This document shows positions 31,114-38,461 of a DNA stretch of 64,000 nucleotides, one piece after another (the first letter of the stretch is position 1; every line of letters starts with the position of its first letter). The translations under genes and the position numbers were made by a program. The stretch covers positions 96,381 through 160,380 of the forward strand of contig CAVWDM010000016.1 in the NCBI GenBank assembly GCA_963753755.1, given 5' to 3'. This DNA is from an uncultured Gammaproteobacteria bacterium. GTDB taxonomy: Bacteria > Pseudomonadota > Gammaproteobacteria > UBA9214. A model generated the notes under the pieces. That model made no database searches. It was not told where the DNA came from and saw nothing but the letters and a program-made list of their open reading frames with translations.

Positions 31114-32451
31114 ATGCCTTCACTCACTCTCAGTCTCGTTGCCGTAATAGTGTTGCTTGTCGCGAACGCGTTCTTCGTTGCCGCGGAGTTTGCGCTGGTG
31201 AAGGCGCGCGGTTTTCGCCTGGAAACTTACGCTATCGAGGGCAGTTCTGCCGCCAAGCTCACATTGCGAATCCAGCTGAATCTCGAGGCCTACCTGGCCG
31301 CCTGCCAGCTGGGCATCACCATGGCATCACTGGGTCTGGGTTGGGTAGGTGAACCTGCGGTTGCTGCCATTCTCGAACCGTTATTTCACAGCCTCGGTAT
31401 TCCGGAAACGATACTGCACACGGCAGCGTTCATGGCCGGTTTTCTGATTTTCTCGTCACTGCATATTGTTGTCGGCGAGCAGGTCCCCAAGACCTTTGCC
31501 ATACGCCGGGCCGAGCTCGTGTCGGTCTGGGTGGCGTATCCACTGCATATAGCCTATCTGATGGTGTATCCCCTCAACTGGTTGCTGAACCGTGCATCAC
31601 GGTCGATCCTGTCGATGTTCAATGTCGAGGAGGTATCCCACGCCGATGTGCTGAGTGGTGAGGAGCTGAAAGGACTGGTGGCTACCTCACGCGAGCATGG
31701 CGAGATTGAGCAGAACAAGGCGGATATGTTGCACAATCTATTCGAGTTCGATCAACGGCAAGTGGGTCGCGTGATGATCCCCCAAGGATCGATAAAAATG
31801 CTGGACTTGAGTAGCGATCCGGATCGCAATCTCGAAACAATACGCGACAGTGGCCACTCGCGATTTCCCGTCATCGACTCGGCCGCTGATGACAAGATTG
31901 CAGGAATCGTGCTTGCGAAGGATCTCTATACCGCGATGCTTTCAGGTAATCCGGAGCCCTGGCGTGACCTGAAGCCGTTTTGCCGTGAGCCACTGCTGGT
32001 GCCGGAAAGTCAGAAGATTGCACGCTTGTTCGATAGCATGCGTAGCAATCGCGCGCATATGACCTTTGTCGTTGATGAGTACGGTGAACTGGCGGGGATC
32101 ATAACCCTGGAAGATCTGCTTGAGGAGATTGTCGGTGAGATCCATGATGAAACCGATCCGGAAGAAGCGGCGTCACCCGTCATCGGCGTTGCCGAAGGAG
32201 AGTGGCTGGCGGATGGCATGACCACATTGACCGATGTGGAACGTGCCATAGGCCTCAAGGTCCCGCCCGAGATGGATGCCAACACCCTTTCAGGATTGTT
32301 TATGCTGCGACTGGCGCGCATGCCGGAGGTAGGCGATGCAATTGATGAAGCCGGATTCCGGCTTGTGGTGCAGTCGTTTGACGATCGTCGTGTCGGCGAG
32401 ATTGCTATCGCGAAGCTGGCGGATGTCGATGCACCGGGGTCGAACGACTAA
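31114..32451 (+). CDS. HlyC/CorC-family (CNNM) Mg2+/Co2+ transporter: DUF21, CBS pair, CorC_HlyC.
   Basis: DUF21 N-terminus (VANAFFVAAEFALVKAR), CBS domains, and the C-terminal transporter-associated domain. Confidence 0.9.
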   Translation: MPSLTLSLVAVIVLLVANAFFVAAEFALVKARGFRLETYAIEGSSAAKLTLRIQLNLEAYLAACQLGITMASLGLGWVGEPAVAAILEPLFHSLGIPETILHTAAFMAGFLIFSSLHIVVGEQVPKTFAIRRAELVSVWVAYPLHIAYLMVYPLNWLLNRASRSILSMFNVEEVSHADVLSGEELKGLVATSREHGEIEQNKADMLHNLFEFDQRQVGRVMIPQGSIKMLDLSSDPDRNLETIRDSGHSRFPVIDSAADDKIAGIVLAKDLYTAMLSGNPEPWRDLKPFCREPLLVPESQKIARLFDSMRSNRAHMTFVVDEYGELAGIITLEDLLEEIVGEIHDETDPEEAASPVIGVAEGEWLADGMTTLTDVERAIGLKVPPEMDANTLSGLFMLRLARMPEVGDAIDEAGFRLVVQSFDDRRVGEIAIAKLADVDAPGSND

Positions 32452-32495
32452 CGGCTGGTCATTTTGAGCCTGCGCAGCTTGTTGTGATGAAACGA

Positions 32496-33380
32496 CTAAC
32501 TGATCACTTGGCCAGCGTTACCGGTCCCGCCAGTATTAATACCGTCTTGTTTGAAGAGCTCCAGACATTTGTCGATCAACCCGGTTTTTGCACCGCGCAA
32601 CGGATAGATGGCAGAGACCGGTCGTTCGATTGCGGGGGCATCAGGTACCCGGTGCAGCCGGCCGCTGAGAAGGTGCCCGGTGACCAGCGGTGCCGGCAGA
32701 TAGGCGAATCCCCCGAGTTCGAGCAGGTGGGCGAGCGCCATTGTCGACTGCGAGACCCTGACCTGGGGTTCCGGTGCATCGGGGAACAGTCGCCGATGCT
32801 CCAGCGCATGGGCAACACCCCAGTCCACCATCAGGTACTCGTCGGCCAGTGCTGCCTCTGTACTTGCGATCGGGCGGCTGCCCACCAGCAGCAGTTCGAT
32901 TACACCCACTGCTGAGATCTGCAGGACTTCCAGGTTGGGCGGCTCAACCATGAATGCCAGATCGAGTACTCCATCGAGCAGGCGTCGTGTCAGCTGCTCG
33001 GCAGGCAGTGACTCGGCGATGATCGCCAGCTGCGGCTGCTGCCGGCGCAGTCGGTGAAACCAGTCCTGCAATATGATGTCCCATAGCCGCAGGGTGCCAC
33101 CCGCGCTGAGCTGCTGGCGTGCGCCGCCAGGCGCCACTTCCTGCCGCGCCTTGCGCCACTCGGCGATCAGCAGGTCAGCATGGTTCAGCAGCCGGTTTCC
33201 CTCCGGGGTAAGGCGAATATCGCGGCGCAGACGGTCGAACAGGCGCACCCCGAGGATGCTCTCGAGCTGTTTGATGCGGGCGCTGACCGCTGCCTGGGTG
33301 AGGTTCAGGGCCTGTGCCGCATTGCCAAAATGCCGGGTGCGGTTGACTTCGAGAAAGGTACGTAGCAGTTCCAGATCCAT
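32496..33380 (-). CDS. LysR-family transcriptional regulator.
   Basis: N-terminal HTH (MDLELLRTFLEVNRTRHFGNAAQALNLTQAAVSARIKQLE). Confidence 0.9.
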   Translation of the reverse strand: MDLELLRTFLEVNRTRHFGNAAQALNLTQAAVSARIKQLESILGVRLFDRLRRDIRLTPEGNRLLNHADLLIAEWRKARQEVAPGGARQQLSAGGTLRLWDIILQDWFHRLRRQQPQLAIIAESLPAEQLTRRLLDGVLDLAFMVEPPNLEVLQISAVGVIELLLVGSRPIASTEAALADEYLMVDWGVAHALEHRRLFPDAPEPQVRVSQSTMALAHLLELGGFAYLPAPLVTGHLLSGRLHRVPDAPAIERPVSAIYPLRGAKTGLIDKCLELFKQDGINTGGTGNAGQVIS

Positions 33381-33509
33381 GCCGCGATTATGATAAAAAT
33401 AAATTTAATATTCTACAAATATATATAGTTATATTTGTCGAATTGCGACTCCTATAGTGCGCCTTCTGAATACGCGGCCTTTTGTTTGGCCGGGAGAAGG
33501 TGGCGATAG

Positions 33510-34130
33510 ATGGACAAGTCGAAAGGCAATTCTGCACTGCATGCGAGTCCTGCAAACTACGCGTTGCGTGACGATGCGGAACTGGTAGCGCTGGTGCGCC
33601 GGCGCGGCCTTGGCTGGAAAGTCGCCCTCGATGCACTGCTGGACCGTTACCGCAGCTGGATTTTCAATTTCTGCCTGCTGCGCCTGGGTAATCACCATGA
33701 TGCGCAGGATGCCACGCAGGAAGTGGTGATCCGCGTATGCAATGCGATTGTCCGCTTTGAAGGACGCTCTGCCTTCAGGACCTGGCTGTACAGGATCTGC
33801 GAAAACCAGTGCCGCACTTTCGCCGTCAGGCGTGCACGCTATGTTCAGGTGGAACACATCGAGGCGCTGATCGATCTTGGGCGTGATGATCTTGCCCTGC
33901 CACAGTCCGATGCCGTTTCTGACAAACAGACAGTGACCGTGATTCTGGACAGCGTTTCTCCCCAGGCACGCGAAGTCCTGCAACTGCGGTTCTTCGAGGA
34001 TCGATCTCTGGACGATATAGCCGGCTCGCTGGATATCAGCCTGAGTGCGGCGAAGATGCGACTCTACCGGGCCCTGGATCAGTTCAGGGCACGCTATCTT
34101 GAGCTGGTGGGGTTGCCACACGTCACCTGA
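33510..34130 (+). CDS. ECF-type RNA polymerase sigma-70 factor.
   Basis: Region 2 (DAQDATQEVVIRV, RTWLYRIC) and region 4 (DIAGSLDISLSAAKMRLYRALDQFRARY). Confidence 0.85.
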   Translation: MDKSKGNSALHASPANYALRDDAELVALVRRRGLGWKVALDALLDRYRSWIFNFCLLRLGNHHDAQDATQEVVIRVCNAIVRFEGRSAFRTWLYRICENQCRTFAVRRARYVQVEHIEALIDLGRDDLALPQSDAVSDKQTVTVILDSVSPQAREVLQLRFFEDRSLDDIAGSLDISLSAAKMRLYRALDQFRARYLELVGLPHVT

Positions 34131-34243
34131 ATCCTGTCAGTGTATCGCGGCACGCAATCAAGCACATCTTCAAGACAGCGCGCTGTGACTTTTTTGCTGC
34201 TTTGAAGGTCTGATTGTCTCGAATGGATTGATTGATAAAAAGG
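34026..34243 (+). repeat. Direct repeat copy A, covering the 3' end of the ECF sigma gene and its downstream region.
   Basis: About 80-90% identical to 36776..37030. The core GCTGGATATCAGCCTGAGTGCGGCGAAG(A/G)TGCGACTCTACCGGGCCCTGGATCAGTTCAGGGC is nearly identical in both copies. Confidence 0.8.
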
Positions 34244-34392
34244 GCGTCTACACTTGCGAAAGCTGATTACACGCATGCGGAGTGCAAAATGCACCCTGAA
34301 CCTTGTGCGCTGTGATTACCAGGGAAAGGACACATAATATTCATGCACGGTCCTGTGCGTTAACCAGTTCTCAACCGAAGGTGGATACAAGC

Positions 34393-36222
34393 GTGCTGAA
34401 AAAAATTCTGCTTCCTAGCATTCTACTGGTGCTTGCCTATGGCTTCTGGGTAAGCCCCAACTTCAAAGCCATTGCCGCCGGCGTCGCCATTTTTCTGTTC
34501 GGCATGTTGTCCCTGGAGGAGGGGTTTCAGGCCTTCACTGGCGGGGCCCTTGACCGGATACTGAAGCGCACCACATCGTCTACCGGAAAGAGTGTGATGT
34601 TCGGTATCGTGAGCACATCGCTGATGCAGTCCAGTTCGCTGGTCTCGGTGATTACAATCTCCTTTCTCAGCGCCGGACTCATCACCCTGACCGCCGGTAT
34701 TGGCATCATCTTCGGTGCTAACCTGGGGACCACGACAGGGGCCTGGCTGATCGCCGGATTCGGTCTCAAGGTCAACATCGCCGCCTATGCTATGCCTCTG
34801 CTGGTGTTCGGTGTGGTCCTGATATTCCAGTCGTCGAAGTCGCTCAAGGGTATCGGCTATATCCTGGCGGGACTGGGGTTCCTGTTTCTCGGCATTCACT
34901 ACATGAAGGAGGGCTTTGAGACCTTCAAGGAAACCATCAATCTGGCCGAGTACGCGGTCTCCGGGTATACCGGGGTGCTGCTGTTCACGGCCATCGGCAT
35001 CTTCGCCACTGTCGTGATGCAGTCCAGCCACGCCACCCTGGTATTGATTATCACCGCACTTGCAGCCGGGCAGATTACCTATGAGAATGCGCTGGCGCTG
35101 GCTATCGGCGCCAATGTGGGTACCACGATCACCGCGATCCTGGGGTCCATGAGCGCCAACGAGGCGGGCAAACGCCTGGCGGTAGCGCACCTTGTCTTCA
35201 ACGTGGTGACCGGCGCACTCGCTATCGTTTTCATCTATCAGCTGGTTGATCTCGTGAACGGAGTATCGGCCATGGTAGGGATCGCGAACGATGACCACAC
35301 CCTCAAGCTGGCCGTGTTCCACTCGATATTCAACCTGCTCGGTATCGTCGTGATGCTGCCACTGCTGAATAAGCTGGTTGTCTGGCTGGAGAAAATTCTC
35401 CCGGAGAAGAAACCCGAAGTGGACCAGCCGATATACCTGTCAGAATCTTCGGCGGCGTTTCCTGGCACAGCGCTGGAGGCGGTCCGCCTGGAGACCTTGC
35501 GGGTGTACGAGGCGGCAGTGCGCATCATTATTGACGGGCTCGGCATGAAGCAGGCTGACATACTCTCCACTGTTGATCTGGAGCAAGTGGTTGCGACCCA
35601 GACTCAGGTACACCAGTTCGACATCAACGCGATGTACGAGAGACATATCAAGGGTATTTACAGCGCCATCGTAGCCTTTATCAGTGACACCGCGTTTTCC
35701 CGCCGGGAAGAACAGTCAGCCAGCCTGCAGTGGCTCAGGGAAGCGAGCACTCACCTGGTGGAGGCGGTAAAGGATACCCGGCAGCTGCAGAAGAACCTGA
35801 TATATTATACGGGTTCGGAAAACCGGAATATGCGCGAAGCCTACAACCGGGTCCGGGTGCAGATCGGACTGATCATCCGTGACCTGGAGGAGATGCGTGC
35901 CTCTGGCGGCGGGGTGATGGATGTTCTGTCGCTGGACGGTCTGAAACTGCTGGTGGAAGAGGACCAGAAACGTATCAACCAGACCATGACCGAACTGATT
36001 GGCAAGCGTATTATCACCCCGGAAATGGGATCCTCGCTGATCAACGACAGCGTGTTTGCGCGCGATATTTCCATGAACCTGATCCGCGCTGCACAGACTC
36101 TGTTCGTGGCGGGTGAACAGGATTTGACTCAGGCAGCACACGATATCGTGCTGGACGAGAGCGATCTTACACAGATAGCCGGGCAGATTGTCACGGAGAA
36201 ACCCGAACAGGTAAGCCACTAG
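34393..36222 (+). CDS. Na/Pi-cotransporter family protein (NptA/YjbB-like) with a C-terminal PhoU-like domain.
   Basis: Probable GTG start after an AAGGTGGA RBS. Na_Pi_cotrans motifs (QSSSLVSVITISFL, GANLGTTTG, QSSHATLV, GANVGTTIT). Confidence 0.85.
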   Translation: MLKKILLPSILLVLAYGFWVSPNFKAIAAGVAIFLFGMLSLEEGFQAFTGGALDRILKRTTSSTGKSVMFGIVSTSLMQSSSLVSVITISFLSAGLITLTAGIGIIFGANLGTTTGAWLIAGFGLKVNIAAYAMPLLVFGVVLIFQSSKSLKGIGYILAGLGFLFLGIHYMKEGFETFKETINLAEYAVSGYTGVLLFTAIGIFATVVMQSSHATLVLIITALAAGQITYENALALAIGANVGTTITAILGSMSANEAGKRLAVAHLVFNVVTGALAIVFIYQLVDLVNGVSAMVGIANDDHTLKLAVFHSIFNLLGIVVMLPLLNKLVVWLEKILPEKKPEVDQPIYLSESSAAFPGTALEAVRLETLRVYEAAVRIIIDGLGMKQADILSTVDLEQVVATQTQVHQFDINAMYERHIKGIYSAIVAFISDTAFSRREEQSASLQWLREASTHLVEAVKDTRQLQKNLIYYTGSENRNMREAYNRVRVQIGLIIRDLEEMRASGGGVMDVLSLDGLKLLVEEDQKRINQTMTELIGKRIITPEMGSSLINDSVFARDISMNLIRAAQTLFVAGEQDLTQAAHDIVLDESDLTQIAGQIVTEKPEQVSH

Positions 36223-36235
36223 TGGAGCAGTATCA

Positions 36236-36484
36236 ATGAAAAGAAAAAGGCTGTTGAAGACACTGGGCGATTTGCTCGACATGGAAGGACGCAAGCAGCG
36301 TAAACACCGTGATGAGTTGAAGGCGCTGCTGAAAAAGCTCAAGAAAAAGGAAGTCGAGTTAAAAGCAAAGATGCAGCTGGAGAAAAATGAGCGCAAACAA
36401 AAGCGCCTGGGAAAGGAGCTCGAGATTATCAAGGCCCAGCGCACGAAAGGGGTGATGACCCTGCGGGGTCTCAAGGTGTCCTGA
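36236..36484 (+). CDS. Small Lys/Glu-rich coiled-coil protein (82 aa), hypothetical.
   Basis: GGAGCAG RBS. Sits 13 nt after the Na/Pi gene stop. Highly basic and low complexity. Confidence 0.4.
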   Translation: MKRKRLLKTLGDLLDMEGRKQRKHRDELKALLKKLKKKEVELKAKMQLEKNERKQKRLGKELEIIKAQRTKGVMTLRGLKVS

Positions 36485-36775
36485 GTGTGCCGGCACGGGG
36501 CCTGACGTGTGCTGGTCAGGATCACTTCACCGGGGCATAAGAGGGGTCGGATCCCTCAATCGAACGCCATTATTGATCTGCTGGGCTATCCGTGGACGGC
36601 CAAAACACGGGTTGAGTCGTTTCGGTTCGACGATGACCCGGATGAGTTCAGGTGATGGCCCTTTGGGCAGGGCCTCCTGCCTTTTAGGGATGACAGAATA
36701 CAGCCGTCGGTACTTTCGCTGCTTGAACAGGCGGTGGAACCTCAACAGCGTAGATGGCCGGATAATGACGGCAGC

Positions 36776-36982
36776 CTGCTGGATATCAGCCTGAGTGCGG
36801 CGAAGGTGCGACTCTACCGGGCCCTGGATCAGTTCAGGGCTCGCTATCTTGAGCTGGTAGCGGATGCCACACATAATCTGAGTCATGACGGGCAACCCAC
36901 TCGGCCTTACCCCCGGATCAACATTCAACGCCACCCTGCACTGCAAGGCATCGAACACTTATTTTCAGACGGTGTTATGTGA
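36776..36982 (+). pseudogene. Remnant of sigma-70 region 4 (a fragment of the ECF sigma factor duplicate).
   Basis: Translates to LLDISLSAAKVRLYRALDQFRARYLELV, matching the C-terminus of the 33510..34130 product. There is no region 2 and no proper start. Confidence 0.6.
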
Positions 36983-37030
36983 CTTTTCTGCGGCTTCGCA
37001 GGTCTGATAATCCCGACTAGAGAAAAACCT
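36776..37030 (+). repeat. Direct repeat copy B, a diverged duplicate of the sigma-factor 3' region.
   Basis: See copy A. It carries an internal insertion of about 50 bp relative to A. Confidence 0.8.
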
Positions 37031-37099
37031 CAATAATCGCCAGTTACTCGACCTGCAAGGTGCAGATAGACACGGTCTGGCAGAGACAGGAGTCCTGAT

Positions 37100-38020
37100 A
37101 TGAAAATTGCCATCTTATCCAGAAATCCAAAGTTGTATTCAACGCAACGATTGGTTGAAGCGGCGCAGCAACGAGGTCACGAGGTTCGTGTACTGGACGT
37201 GCTACGTTGCTACATGAACATCGCAACTCACAAGCCACAACTGCACTATAAAGGCGTGGCACTTGAGGATTTTGATGCCGTCATACCGCGTATAGGTGCT
37301 TCGGTCACATTCTATGGTGCCGCTGTGCTACGCCAGTTTGAGATGATCGGCGTGCTGCCACTGAACGAATCGGTCGCCATTACGCGCTCCCGGGACAAGC
37401 TGCGGTCCCTGCAACTGCTATCGCGGAAAGGTGTCGGTTTGCCATTAACAGGCTTTGCTCACAAACCTGACGACATCAAGGACCTCATCAGAATGGTTGG
37501 TGGTGCGCCACTGGTCATCAAACTGCTGGAAGGCACACAGGGAATCGGCGTGGTACTTGCCGAGACCCACCAGGCCGCGGAAAGCGTGATCGAGGCCTTT
37601 ATGGGATTGCGTGTCAATATCCTGGTTCAGGAATTTATCGCAGAGGCGGGCGGTGCCGATCTGCGCTGTCTGGTGATTGGTGACAAGGTCATTGCGGCGA
37701 TGAAACGCCAGGGAAAAGAGGGGGAGTTCCGCTCGAATCTGCATCGGGGTGGATCGGCAAGCCTGATCAAGATTACGCCTGAAGAACGGTCCACTGCCGT
37801 GAGGGCTGCACAAACGATGGGCCTCAATGTCGCAGGTGTCGATCTGCTACGTTCAAATCACGGGCCTGTGGTGATGGAAGTTAACTCATCACCGGGCCTG
37901 GAAGGAATCGAGTCGGCAACAGGAAAGGATATTGCGGGCACTATCATACAATTTCTCGAGAAACGTCAAAGCGAGCTCGCTGGAAAATCAAGCGGAACAC
38001 GCACCCGCGGAAAAGGCTGA
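37100..38020 (+). CDS. rimK: RimK-type ATP-grasp ligase (ribosomal protein S6 glutamate ligase family), an orphan paralogue.
   Basis: [29 protein letters not shown]... with a high fraction of residues identical to the 59574..60479 paralogue by eye. AGGAG RBS. Confidence 0.9.
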   Translation: MKIAILSRNPKLYSTQRLVEAAQQRGHEVRVLDVLRCYMNIATHKPQLHYKGVALEDFDAVIPRIGASVTFYGAAVLRQFEMIGVLPLNESVAITRSRDKLRSLQLLSRKGVGLPLTGFAHKPDDIKDLIRMVGGAPLVIKLLEGTQGIGVVLAETHQAAESVIEAFMGLRVNILVQEFIAEAGGADLRCLVIGDKVIAAMKRQGKEGEFRSNLHRGGSASLIKITPEERSTAVRAAQTMGLNVAGVDLLRSNHGPVVMEVNSSPGLEGIESATGKDIAGTIIQFLEKRQSELAGKSSGTRTRGKG

Positions 38021-38461
38021 TGAACATACCGAGGCAGACTGGTTCTGGCCTGGCAGGCGTTTCGCGAAGGAATATCTGGTTAATTCGTCATTCCGGGCGG
38101 AGCGCAGCGCAGACCCGGAATCCAGTTGTTGCTATTCAATCTGTTACTGGATTATTCGTTGCGCTCACCCTGTGGGCGTTCAACGCGCTACGCGCTTTTC
38201 TCCGCTATGCACCGGAACCACGAATGATGAATTAAACAGACCCACCTTGACAGCTGCAGAATGTAACTCGTTCCTGACGTCCTTATCTCAGGAGTTATGT
38301 CACCCGTGTTATCAGCTGTATCTTCCATGAAAATCATTACCTGTTGATTTTGTGTTCATCTGCCAGATCCATGGCGGAGTTGCATCCCTGCAGAGTATGA
38401 AGCACGTTGTAATCGGGGTTTGTAATAATATATCTTCTTTAGGAAAGTGAATCACTGCCAG

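Noticed and set aside
36527-36958. A 143-aa minus-strand ORF with a GRPRIAQQ-type peptide that superficially resembles a transposase HTH. It is similar to the antisense ORF 33429..34121.
   Set aside because: Its similarity to 33429..34121 simply reflects the duplicated sigma-factor DNA read antisense. The rest has no convincing transposase or integrase motifs (no DDE or catalytic Tyr region). I treat it as non-coding spacer of the repeat-flanked cassette.
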